A stretch of 32,619 nucleotides of DNA from a bacterium (GTDB taxonomy: Bacteria; Electryoneota; Electryoneia; Electryoneales; Electryoneaceae): the NCBI GenBank assembly GCA_043801585.1, contig JAZDLX010000003.1:1-32619 (forward strand), read 5' to 3'. This document shows positions 19,201 through 27,659 of this stretch, piece by piece (position 1 is the stretch's first letter; each line of letters starts with the position of its first letter). The translations under genes and the position numbers were made by a program. The notes beneath the pieces were generated by a model. The model did not search any database, was not told the origin of the DNA, and saw only the letters and a list, made by a program, of their open reading frames with translations.

Positions 19201-19708
19201 CGCCATACAGATCCTGAAGCAACCCGGCGACCTTCAGCGCCTCTTTCTCACCCTTTTTCAGGAAGGTCTGGTTGAGGTGGCTCTGGATGCAGCCGGAGAG
19301 GCAGATGATCCCCTCACGGTGCTGGTTCATCAGCTCGTAATCGACACGGGGACGGTAGTGGAAGCCGTCACGGTACCCGGCGGTGGAAAGCTTGATCAGG
19401 TTATTCCACCCGGCTTTATTTTTCAACAGCAGCAGCAGGTGGTAGATCGGGCGTTTGTTCCCATAGAGGTCCGCGCCTTTTTCGGTGTGTTTGCCATCGG
19501 TTAAATAGAGCTCACAGCCGATGATCGGTTTGATCCCGACCTTCTTCGCGGCGGAGTAGAAATCAACGGCTCCGGCCATGTTGCCATGGTCGGTGAGTGC
19601 AATTGCCGGCATCCCGAGACGGGCGGCTTCCGCAGTCAGATCTCCAACCTTTGAGGCTCCATCGAGGAGGGAATAGTCGCTGTGGTTGTGCAGGTGGATA
19701 AAACTCAT
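16262..19708 (-). CDS. dnaE: DNA polymerase III alpha subunit
   Basis: PHP domain HLHNHSDYSLLDG, GRGSAAGS, PDIDVDF, KMDFLGL and YGFNKSH; 1148 aa with no intein-sized insert. Confidence 0.98.
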   Translation of the reverse strand: MSFIHLHNHSDYSLLDGASKVGDLTAEAARLGMPAIALTDHGNMAGAVDFYSAAKKVGIKPIIGCELYLTDGKHTEKGADLYGNKRPIYHLLLLLKNKAGWNNLIKLSTAGYRDGFHYRPRVDYELMNQHREGIICLSGCIQSHLNQTFLKKGEKEALKVAGLLQDLYGEDFYIELQNHGIDEELHVMKFLTGLSKKIGVKMVATNDTHYLKKEHADPHDILLCVQTRSDRNDPNRFKFTGQEFYLKTEEEMRALFSEVPEALSNTLEVAEKVEFEMDFGNKHFPEFKLPEDAEVSDDFEYLKQLAYRDLPRRYPEVTEEIRKRLETELDIIKLKGLASYFLIVQDFIAFAKREKIPVGPGRGSAAGSLVSYLVGITNIDPIRYGLLFERFINPERESLPDIDVDFSDSRRSEVIEYVRKKYGEDCVGQIITFGRMLSRQVVKDVGRVMGIPLPEVEAISKLIPDPQQGKVPPLSKVLEEVKELRDLVNSRREYQELMDKALVLEGTIRNAGVHAAGVVITPEPIDNLVPMYRASDGNMVTQFDMTNVEKLGLLKMDFLGLKTLTILEQSLTLLRKRGIDIDLDALPMNDAETFEFFSRGDTIGIFQFESGGMRDNLRRLKPERLEDLIAMNALYRPGPMANIPDYIDRKHGRQKITYLHPKLSEILDETYGIIVYQEQVMQIANRLAGMSLGRADELRRAMGKKKKDVMARMMPEFINGCAKNGINKNSAKQLWDLIEKFARYGFNKSHSAGYALLAYQTGYLKTHHPAEFMAASMTVRKDNTNELVLFLEECKRMGVEVLAPDVNTSEEEFAVIDGGKVTFGLAAIKGVGSAAIQNILGERETGGPFSSIFDLAGRINGQMVNKKVLECLVRAGATDSLPGHRNQQLEALEAAINYGQQLARERANGQVSIFGEESGGMDLPRPEMPVVAEVSAHELLAWERELLGFYFSGHPLMRFHREITSFSNITVADLPGAGDNTNVRMAGLFASLERRTTRKGDPMMRGKFEDLTGTVGIVIFPTVYERLREVLREIGQHPVLISARVQRREEDVELIVEEVERLDFAAQRLTRAVQFIVDEAIAGQELLALENDLRRNPGVANVRVLFRSDDGELWTFSSGRYRINPKREILDTVEKRLGEGSVRLESVV

Positions 19709-20081
19709 GTATGGCGACTCCGGCTAAGAGGGGTTCCAGCTTATGATCTGAAGCAGCCTTGTATCTCCAGGCTACTGCGGGGATTTCACCGAAAATCAGT
19801 CCTGCCCGTGAGACTCATTCCATCGGTCGAATCAGTCCATTTCAGCACCAATCGACGAACGGATCGCTTGTTCCGGTTCGGACAAGCAAGAAGATCAACA
19901 ACTTACGTTAATAATTGATTCTTCAGTGCTTACAAATATGCCCGCTTCGCAGGTGATACGGTGGTAGTATAGCGCAAGAGTGTGGCTCCGTCCACATCAA
20001 GAGAGGGCGAAAGACTCGGTCTCGGGAGTTTTTCTATTGCTACTGAGGTCCGAACATCGGCGCAGCCACCGATTGGCGTTC

Positions 20082-21335
20082 CTACTCCTCTTCTCGCCAG
20101 ATTTTGGCTCCGAGATTGGCAAATTTCTCTTCCAGCTGCTCGTAGCCACGGTCGAGGTGGTAGATCCGGCTGATTTCGGTCCTTCCTTTTGCCGCAAGTG
20201 CCGCAATGACAAGGCTGGCGGAGGCTCGCAGGTCGGTGGACATCACCGGTGCGCCGACGAGCTTCGTGGGACCGGTGACCTGGGCGATGTTGTCGCGCAT
20301 GATGATATTCGCCCCAAGGCGGATCAGCTCGGGAACATGAGTGAAACGGTCCGGATAAATCGTATCCTCAATCAGGCTGCTCCCCTCAGCTCCGGTCATC
20401 AGGGCGATCCACTGCGCCTGCATGTCGGTGGCGAAACCGGGGTAGACCTCGGTCTGGATGTCAACGGCATGGAGTTTTCCCGAGGATTGGACACGGATGC
20501 GGTCGCCCTTCACCGCGATTTTCAACCCCGCCTCGACGGAACGGTCGAGAATAATCGAGAAGTGATCCGGGTTCGCGCCGACGAGAGTGACATCCCCTCC
20601 CGCCCGCCCTACCGCTGCAAGGTAGGTTCCGGCTTCGATACGATCCGGGATGACACGGAAGTCCACTGCATTCAGGGAATGCCCACCCTCGATGTGAAGC
20701 GTTGTCGAGCCGGCGCCTTCGATGGGTGCGCCCATCGCGATCAGCATTTTCGTAAGGTTGGTCACTTCGGGTTCACGGGCGACATTCTCAAGGATGGTCT
20801 CACCCTTCGCCGCGACCGCCGCGAGAAGCAGGTTCACAGATGCACCAACCGAGGGAAAATCAAGGACGAACCGGTTGCCACGCATCTTCCGGGCGTCCGC
20901 GAGGATATATCCGCGATCAAGCTGTGTCTTGACACCCAGGGCTTCGAGTCCCTTGAGGTGGATGTCCACAGGCCGTGGCCCCCAGGCACATCCACCCGGC
21001 AGGCTGACCTTCGCCCTGCCGAGACGTCCGATCAGGGCGCCGAGCGCATAGAACGACGCGCGCATGGTTTTGACGAGTTCATACGGCGCGGTGTCAGAGG
21101 TGATCGTTGACGCGTCGAAGGTCATTGTGTCGTTTTGCCGGCTTACGGCGATCCCCAGACCTTCGAGCACCGAAGCCATCGTACTGACATCCGCAAGATC
21201 CGGAACGTTGTGAAGGGTTGTCTGTCCCGGAGCAAGAATTGCCGCAGCCATCAGCGGCAATGCAGCATTCTTCGCACCGGCGATCCGCACCTCGCCCTTT
21301 AATTCCCTGCCACCTTCGATGACCAGATTGTCCAT
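20082..21335 (-). CDS. murA: UDP-N-acetylglucosamine 1-carboxyvinyltransferase
   Basis: GAKNAALP, MRAS, LPGGCAWGPRP (catalytic Cys present), PDRIEAGT and DLRA motifs. Confidence 0.98.
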   Translation of the reverse strand: MDNLVIEGGRELKGEVRIAGAKNAALPLMAAAILAPGQTTLHNVPDLADVSTMASVLEGLGIAVSRQNDTMTFDASTITSDTAPYELVKTMRASFYALGALIGRLGRAKVSLPGGCAWGPRPVDIHLKGLEALGVKTQLDRGYILADARKMRGNRFVLDFPSVGASVNLLLAAVAAKGETILENVAREPEVTNLTKMLIAMGAPIEGAGSTTLHIEGGHSLNAVDFRVIPDRIEAGTYLAAVGRAGGDVTLVGANPDHFSIILDRSVEAGLKIAVKGDRIRVQSSGKLHAVDIQTEVYPGFATDMQAQWIALMTGAEGSSLIEDTIYPDRFTHVPELIRLGANIIMRDNIAQVTGPTKLVGAPVMSTDLRASASLVIAALAAKGRTEISRIYHLDRGYEQLEEKFANLGAKIWREEE

Positions 21336-21490
21336 GCGTCCTCACTCCCTGCCCATCAGGAAAAAGCAATGAACCGTTGACGGAAGGTAATACAAAGGGT
21401 GATGCGGAAAAACCTGTCACTGTGTCCTGCGCAGGCCTTTCTTTCTCACGTATCTTTAATTTTTTACTCCCTGGAGAGGAGGTTCACACG

Positions 21491-23200
21491 ATGGACAACC
21501 ACCAACAACCTGCGGAATCAGGCGCAAGTTCTGCGGCGGATACGGCGTTCAGTCTGTCACGCCGGGGATTTATCAAGATGACGATCGCAGGCACTGCGGC
21601 GACAATGGGAGCTTTCGGCGCCGCGGCGATTCACCCTTCAAAGGCGTCAGCACACCCCTCGACATCCATCCTGTCGATGGAGGATATCCCCTCCCGTTCC
21701 ATTGAAGAGGCGACCATCGATGATTTGATGAAGGGCATGGCTGACGGCAAATGGAATGCCCGCTCCATTGCCGAGGCCTACCTGACAAGGATCGAGGCGA
21801 TGGATCGAAGAGGACCCAACCTGGCGAGTGTGATCGAAACGAACCCGGATGCCCTCGGCATCGCGGACAGGCTCGACGGCGAGCGCCAGAAAGGAAAATT
21901 TCGCGGGCCACTTCACGGAATCCCCGTTCTCGTCAAAGACAACATTGCGACGCATGACAAAATGCAGACCACTGCCGGTTCCCTGGCGCTCGACGGATCA
22001 CAGCCGCCCGAAGATTCCTGGGTCGCGGCAAAACTGCGAGAGGCGGGGGCGGTGCTGCTGGGCAAGGCAAACTTGAGCGAGTGGGCGTTCTTCCGCGGAG
22101 ACTATGGCATCTGCGGCTGGAGTGCCCGCGGAGGGCAGTGCCGCAATCCCTACGCGACCGACCGTACAACAAGCGGTTCCAGTTCCGGATCGGCGGTGGC
22201 AACTTCCGCCAATCTGACCGCAATCTCCATCGGCACCGAGACCAACGGATCCATCGTCTCGCCTTCATCGGTAAACGGAGTCGTGGGCTTGAAGCCGACT
22301 GTCGGTCTGGTCAGCCGCTACGGCATCATCCCCATCGCCCACACCCAGGACACCGCCGGTCCGATTACACGAAGCGTGCATGACGCCGCCATCGTCCTTG
22401 GGGCGCTTACAGGTGTGGACAAGAACGACCCGGCGACCGCTGATTCAAAAGGGAAATCCTACACCAACTACATTCAGTATCTCGATCCTGATGGACTCCA
22501 CGGCGCTCGTATCGGGGTGGCACGGGAATTCTTCGACATGCGCCCGGGAGTTTCCGGGCTCGCCGAAGACGCGGTGAAACTGATGCAGAGTCTTGGCGCG
22601 GAAATCGTCGATCCCATCGAACTGCCGTGGATGGACGAAGCTGAGAAGCATTCGCTTGAGGTGATGTACTACGAGTACAAGCACGACCTGAACGCCTACC
22701 TGAATTGGCTGGGAAAGAACACAAAGGTCCATTCGATGGCGGAGGTAATTGAGTTCAACAAACAACACGCCGACGTCGAAATGAAATTCTTCGGCCAGGA
22801 GGATTTGGAAAAGGCGCAGGAGCGTGGTCCGTTGACCGACGAAAAGTACCTGAACGCGCTGAGCGAACTGAAACGGCTCGCCCGTGACGAAGGGTTGCAC
22901 AAGGTCATGGACGAGCAGAAGCTCGACGCGATTGTCGCACCGACAGCGGGGCTGGCGTGGGTCATCGACCCGATTAATGGCGACCATTTTACCGGCGGCA
23001 GCTCCTCCCCCGCCGCAATCGCTGGATGCCCGGACATCTCGGTGCCGATGGGGCATGTTTTCGGATTGCCGACAGGACTGTCGTTCTTCGGGCGAGCCTG
23101 GAGCGAACCGACGCTGATCCGTCTCGCCTACGCCTACGAGCAGGCGTCGAAGATGCGGCGTCCACCCCAGTTCCTGCAGACGGCGAATCTGGGCAATTGA
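21491..23200 (+). CDS. Tat-exported amidase-signature family amidase
   Basis: SRRGFIK Tat motif with ASA cleavage site; GIPVLVKDN, SGSSSGS and IGTETNGSI (Ser-cisSer-Lys triad). Confidence 0.92.
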   Translation: MDNHQQPAESGASSAADTAFSLSRRGFIKMTIAGTAATMGAFGAAAIHPSKASAHPSTSILSMEDIPSRSIEEATIDDLMKGMADGKWNARSIAEAYLTRIEAMDRRGPNLASVIETNPDALGIADRLDGERQKGKFRGPLHGIPVLVKDNIATHDKMQTTAGSLALDGSQPPEDSWVAAKLREAGAVLLGKANLSEWAFFRGDYGICGWSARGGQCRNPYATDRTTSGSSSGSAVATSANLTAISIGTETNGSIVSPSSVNGVVGLKPTVGLVSRYGIIPIAHTQDTAGPITRSVHDAAIVLGALTGVDKNDPATADSKGKSYTNYIQYLDPDGLHGARIGVAREFFDMRPGVSGLAEDAVKLMQSLGAEIVDPIELPWMDEAEKHSLEVMYYEYKHDLNAYLNWLGKNTKVHSMAEVIEFNKQHADVEMKFFGQEDLEKAQERGPLTDEKYLNALSELKRLARDEGLHKVMDEQKLDAIVAPTAGLAWVIDPINGDHFTGGSSSPAAIAGCPDISVPMGHVFGLPTGLSFFGRAWSEPTLIRLAYAYEQASKMRRPPQFLQTANLGN

Positions 23201-23281
23201 GTGACAGTTACCTAATTCCGGCGTTGGAACGAGATGTTCATCACAACGCATTCTGGAATTAGGTAACTGTCACTCAATTGC
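23193..23281. repeat. 89-bp palindromic element, copy 1 (27-bp perfect inverted arms, 35-bp centre)
   Basis: GCAATTGAGTGACAGTTACCTAATTCC (23193-23219) and its exact reverse complement (23255-23281). Confidence 0.95.
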
Positions 23282-23343
23282 GTTCATCTGTAATCCCCCT
23301 ACCCCTCATTGCCAAACAATTCACAATGTCTTAAACTTGCAGA

Positions 23344-24495
23344 ATGCATTCCATTCTGAAGTATATAGCCTGCACACTTGGATTTCTCTTCCTGCTGGGA
23401 GGTCCGCCCCTCATGGCCCAAGATTCCGCTGTGCAACAACTGCTCGACCAGGTTGGTTTGAAACCCAGCGACGGACAACGCGGGCAAATGGATACCGTGG
23501 GATTCGCCTCCACGGCGGAACAGATGGATGCCGTGGTTGCCCTGTGCACGGCAAATGCGAAGTCGAGGGAAGATTCTCTGCGGAGCGCCTTTTCGTGGCT
23601 GGACACGGTTTCCTTCCGTGCGGGTGTTTGCCCTCATGACGATTACTGCTACGCGGGGCGTCTCTACCCGCTGTTGCTCTCACGGATTCATGCCAAGCGA
23701 GTGATCCTTTTTGGTGTCTTCCACAAGGCGAAGGTGTTCAACTGCCAGGACGTTCTGGTGTTCGATTCCTTCACACGCTGGCACGGTCCGCACGGCACTG
23801 TACCAGTCTCTCCTCTTCGCGAGGAGATCCTCAGACGCCTCCCGGCTGGCGATGTTCGAATTGACGATGACATGCAGCAGGTCGAGCATTCGGTCGAAGC
23901 CATTGTCCCCTGGCTGCAGGCGTTCAATCCCGATGTCGAGATCGTTTCGATCCTTGTACCCTACATGGATTGGGCCACCATGAACCGTCTTGCTGGTGAT
24001 CTCTCCTCGTCGCTAAACGACATCTTCCGCGAGCACGGGTGGAAGCTGGGAGAAGATGTTGCGATCATCTGCTCTTCGGATGCGGTCCACTACGGAGATG
24101 CCGACTGGGGCGGAAGCAACTACGCGACGTTCGGGACGGATATCGCCGGGTATGAGCAGGCGGTCCGGCGTGACATGGACCTCGCCACACACGATCTCGC
24201 CGGAAACGTGAATCCAACCGGACTGCATAATTTCTTCGAATCGTGTGTGGATCCGGACGATGTGTACCAATACCGCATCACCTGGTGTGGGCGTTTCTCG
24301 ATTCCCTTCGGTTTATCTGTCGCTGCGAGTCTTGCCAACCGGTTGGGCGAGCCGCCGTTGGATGGAATACTCCTTGATTATGGCACAAGTGTCAGCGAGG
24401 CAACGCTTCCCCTCGATTCCCTCGCCGGGATGGGTCGCACCGCCCCCAACAACCTGCACCATTGGGTCGGATACGCCGCCCTGGGATACCGTTAA
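23344..24495 (+). CDS. MEMO1 / AmmeMemoRadiSam protein B family protein with N-terminal signal peptide
   Basis: PHDDYCYAG, EHSVEAIVPWLQ, SSDAVHYG, TWCG and WVGYAA motifs; hydrophobic N-terminus ending LMA-Q. Confidence 0.85.
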   Translation: MHSILKYIACTLGFLFLLGGPPLMAQDSAVQQLLDQVGLKPSDGQRGQMDTVGFASTAEQMDAVVALCTANAKSREDSLRSAFSWLDTVSFRAGVCPHDDYCYAGRLYPLLLSRIHAKRVILFGVFHKAKVFNCQDVLVFDSFTRWHGPHGTVPVSPLREEILRRLPAGDVRIDDDMQQVEHSVEAIVPWLQAFNPDVEIVSILVPYMDWATMNRLAGDLSSSLNDIFREHGWKLGEDVAIICSSDAVHYGDADWGGSNYATFGTDIAGYEQAVRRDMDLATHDLAGNVNPTGLHNFFESCVDPDDVYQYRITWCGRFSIPFGLSVAASLANRLGEPPLDGILLDYGTSVSEATLPLDSLAGMGRTAPNNLHHWVGYAALGYR

Positions 24496-24538
24496 AAGAG
24501 ATACCCGGCTGACAGGGCAGCCGGGCCATTCGTTATCA

Positions 24539-24564
24539 GTCATCCTGAACGAAGTGAAGGATCT
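24539..24564. repeat. GTCATCCTGAACGAAGTGAAGGATCT dispersed palindromic repeat unit
   Basis: ATCCT...AGGAT hairpin; a related copy starts at 28464. Confidence 0.6.
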
Positions 24565-24618
24565 TTGAGTATCCGTTCATTATGAAACCCGGGACTGAAG
24601 TCCCGGGCCACCCGCCGG

Positions 24619-24707
24619 GCAATTGAGTGACAGTTACCTAATTCCACGATGCGAAGGGATGAACGTCTCGACCCAACCCTGGAATTAGGTAACTGTCACT
24701 CAATTGC
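24619..24707. repeat. 89-bp palindromic element, copy 2 (inverted relative to copy 1)
   Basis: Same 27-bp arms (24619-24645, 24681-24707). The reverse complement of its 35-bp centre matches the copy 1 centre at 25/35 positions. Confidence 0.95.
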
Positions 24708-24764
24708 CTGACCATTTAGCAGAAACCCGGCCATCAAGCTGACCGGGCCACCCTACTTCAATGT

Positions 24765-24800
24765 TGTGTCGGGTCGTTAGCGCAGCGGAGACCCGACACA
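24765..24800. repeat. REP-like hairpin
   Basis: TGTGTCGGGTC-GTTAGCGCAGCGGA-GACCCGACACA, an 11-bp perfect stem. Confidence 0.65.
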
Positions 24801-24900
24801 GGTCTCACCTTGACCATCCATCTGTACAGCATTCTAAAACTATATGAAACCCGGGACGGAAGTCCCGGGCCACCCAAGCGTTGTTTTCATCAAGATGCCA

Positions 24901-26547
24901 CTATCCCTTCCCGATTAGCTCTCGCGCTGTGGCGCGGGCGGAATCGGTGATGGTATCGCCGCCAACGAGGCGGGCGATCTCTTCCACCTGCTCGCCGCTG
25001 CCGATGTCAACCTGGCGCACACGGACTGTAGTGCTTCCCGGATCCGTGAGTTTTTCAACCACGATGTGGTGATCGGCGAGGCTGGCGATCTGGGCGAGAT
25101 GAGTTACCAGGATCACCTGCCGGATCTTCGCAAGCTCTTTCAGTCGCACGCCGACCTGGCGCGCGGTTTTCCCGGAGATGCCCGTGTCGATTTCGTCGAA
25201 GATGAGAACAGGCGGATTTCCCTCCGGAGGATCGAGTCCTTTGAGCAGGAGCATCACCCGGCTGAGTTCACCTCCGGAGGCGACCCTGGCGAGGGGTTTG
25301 GGCTCATGGCCGGGGTTGAACGAAGTCAGAAACTCGATGCGGTCCCACCCCAGCGGCCCCACCCGTTTCTCTCCCACAGTGGGAAAAACCACACGGTCGC
25401 CCTCTTCGTCGATCCATTCGATGCGGAAGACCGGGTGCTGCACACCCACCGACTTCAGACCCTTCTCCATCTCGCCACCCATCTTCGGCGAAGCTTTACG
25501 GCGGCGCAGGGAAACACGGTCGCAAACACCCTCCCAGATCTCCAGGTGAGCATCGATCTGGCGTTTCAACTCGTCCCGAAGTATCTCAAGTTCTTCTGTG
25601 CCCTGCTGGCGTCCGCGCAACTGATCCCGCGTCTCAAGCAGTTTGTCCATCGTCCCGCCGTACTTCCGGATCAGCTTGTTGAGTTGATTGTGACGCGCGC
25701 GGACCTCCGACAACCGCTCAGGATCGAGGGCAACGTTGTCACGGCGATCGGCGAGATCAACGGAGGCCTGGCGCATTGCACCGAGAGCCTCCGACAACGT
25801 GTCTACCGTCGTTTTCAGTTCACCGTCTATTTTCTCAAGCGCACGCAGTTGGTTGATCACTTCGGCGAGAGCATCGGAAAGCGGTTCCTCACTCTGGTCA
25901 AGACGGTCGACCGCCTGCCCGAGTCCAACAATCAGGGTCTCCGCGCCTTCAAGGAGACGGATTTCCTTCTCCAGCTCTACATCCTCCTCCTTCTTCGGGT
26001 CGAATGCTTCGATCTCATCGAGCTGGAAGCGGGCGAGTTCCTCCGATTCACGGAAACGCGCAATCTTCTGCTCCGTCGTGGCCAATTGCGCGGTCATCGC
26101 CTGCCAACGTGCGTGCAGGGTGACAAGGCGTTCGGCGTCCGAAGTGAGTCCGGCGAAACGGTCAAGGTGGCCGAGATGGGTCGCCTCGTCGAGCAGTGTG
26201 ATTCCCTCCCGCTGTGCGGTGAGCTCCACCCAACGGCCCGCCTCTTCCTTGAGCGAACCGATAGTTGATGCAGCACCGTCCAGCCACGCCCGGGTACGGC
26301 CGTCCGGACGAACCTCCCGTTTCAACGACCGCGCTTCCGAAGTGCCCTCAAAATCCGCTTCAATTTCCGCGGGAGTGTCCCCGACAACATCGGGATGCGC
26401 CCGATCACCGAGGGCGAGGCCGATGGACCCGATGAGGATCGATTTGCCGGCACCGGTCTCTCCGGTAATGACATTCAATCCCGGACCGAACGTCATATCC
26501 AGCTCAACGACGAGGGCGACATTGCGTATGTGAAGGCGTTTTAGCAT
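24901..26547 (-). CDS. recN: DNA repair protein RecN
   Basis: ITGETGAGKS Walker A, coiled coil, ASGGELSR, IFDEIDTGISG and VTHLAQIA. Start at MLKRLHIRN. Confidence 0.96.
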   Translation of the reverse strand: MLKRLHIRNVALVVELDMTFGPGLNVITGETGAGKSILIGSIGLALGDRAHPDVVGDTPAEIEADFEGTSEARSLKREVRPDGRTRAWLDGAASTIGSLKEEAGRWVELTAQREGITLLDEATHLGHLDRFAGLTSDAERLVTLHARWQAMTAQLATTEQKIARFRESEELARFQLDEIEAFDPKKEEDVELEKEIRLLEGAETLIVGLGQAVDRLDQSEEPLSDALAEVINQLRALEKIDGELKTTVDTLSEALGAMRQASVDLADRRDNVALDPERLSEVRARHNQLNKLIRKYGGTMDKLLETRDQLRGRQQGTEELEILRDELKRQIDAHLEIWEGVCDRVSLRRRKASPKMGGEMEKGLKSVGVQHPVFRIEWIDEEGDRVVFPTVGEKRVGPLGWDRIEFLTSFNPGHEPKPLARVASGGELSRVMLLLKGLDPPEGNPPVLIFDEIDTGISGKTARQVGVRLKELAKIRQVILVTHLAQIASLADHHIVVEKLTDPGSTTVRVRQVDIGSGEQVEEIARLVGGDTITDSARATARELIGKG

Positions 26548-26735
26548 GTGACCCTTGAATGGGAATTCCGTTTTTCCCCACCCCGCCTCACCTTTGGCTG
26601 ATCGGCGAGCGGCGGCAAATTGCACGTTCGAACAAAAAGCTCTGCAAATGTACGCCGAATATAACAAAGCGAGAAGGGAACGTCAGTCCCTTCCCGCATC
26701 ATCATCCAGCGAGAGACAAGGTGAATCCGACCCGT

Positions 26736-27338
26736 CTACCCGGAATAATCCTGAAAATGCGACATCAAGTCTTCCATTGCCCGATGCGCGGCGTCAAGGT
26801 CCATGGAAAAGACACTTAGGTCGTGACGGCGTCCATAGGTGTCGCGGATATGATTCTTCAAAGTCGCCTCTTTGGTGAAACCGATCGCGGTCAACAGTTT
26901 CTGAGCCTCTTTGTGTTCTTCCATCAGGTCGGCATAGAGCTTTTCCAGACCAAGGGTCTCAGCCAAAGGTATCATTTCGTCGAACAGCACTGTTGCAATG
27001 CCATAACGCCGAAATTTCGGGTGGGTGACAAGCACAACTTCACCTGTGTGCCGGATCCACGTGCTCATCCCCGGGTACAGCGAAAGCACTCCTACAACCC
27101 GATCCTCACTCCAGGCCGCAAGTGTAATGACCCTTCCATCCTCGATCCACCTTCGCATCCGATGGGGATAATTCGGATCGTTCAGATCATTGGGCAGCTT
27201 GGACTGATCTTTTTTGTCAAGCTGCTGAAAAAGTTCGATCTCCTTTGGGATCTCTTCCATGGTGAGCGGTCTGATCTCGACCTCAAAATTCTTACGACAG
27301 ATGACTTTGTGAGGGTATCGATCTTTCAATGCGTCCAT
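26736..27338 (-). CDS. GNAT-family N-acetyltransferase
   Basis: VTHPKFRRYGIA acetyl-CoA motif and IGFTKEA.L..H. GAGGA RBS precedes ATG 27338. Confidence 0.85.
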   Translation of the reverse strand: MDALKDRYPHKVICRKNFEVEIRPLTMEEIPKEIELFQQLDKKDQSKLPNDLNDPNYPHRMRRWIEDGRVITLAAWSEDRVVGVLSLYPGMSTWIRHTGEVVLVTHPKFRRYGIATVLFDEMIPLAETLGLEKLYADLMEEHKEAQKLLTAIGFTKEATLKNHIRDTYGRRHDLSVFSMDLDAAHRAMEDLMSHFQDYSG

Positions 27339-27659
27339 AAATGTGTCCTCGTTCGGTACATTTAGAATAAGCGTCCGCCCTGAGATTGTCAACCGATTTC
27401 ACCTTGGAGAGAAACTGTCCCTCCCCTTGGATGCTTCCCAACTCCTCATTCGAGAGATCAATGGGAACTTTTGCCGGGTTGGTTGAGTTTCAGGGATAGG
27501 AAGTCCGAACAAACGTGCTCTTTGAACGTTCATGCGATTATTGAATGTGCTATTACGAAACAATTCTGCCAACCGTGCGTTATAATGCAGCACATTTCTG
27601 CCGTTCAGGCAGTCGCCGGGAGAATAGGAATGGCGGATGAAGATCGTTCGGGATATTGT

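Larger units (their letters stand above)
24500..24875. repeat. Cluster of four GAAACCC...GGGCCACCC REP-like hairpins (24500-24531 degenerate, 24584-24613, 24722-24753, 24846-24875)
   Basis: Same flanks as the copies at 275-343. Stems are GGCTG/CAGCC, GGGAC/GTCCC, GGCCA/TGACC and GGGAC/GTCCC. Confidence 0.88.

Noticed and set aside
14596..19708. lexA plus dnaE as an imuA-imuB-dnaE2 mutagenesis cassette
   Set aside because: DnaE looks like the full replicative type with intact PHP and C-terminal domains, dtd lies between the genes, and imuA/imuB are absent.
16262..19708. Intein in dnaE
   Set aside because: The length is normal and no splicing motifs or insert were seen.
19980..21110. 376-aa plus-strand ORF
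   Set aside because: Antisense shadow of murA.
23193..24707. CRISPR array (27-bp repeat with 35-bp spacer)
   Set aside because: The arms are inverted rather than direct, the two centres are homologous to each other, and no cas genes are present.
25066..26268. 400-aa plus-strand ORF
   Set aside because: Antisense shadow of recN.
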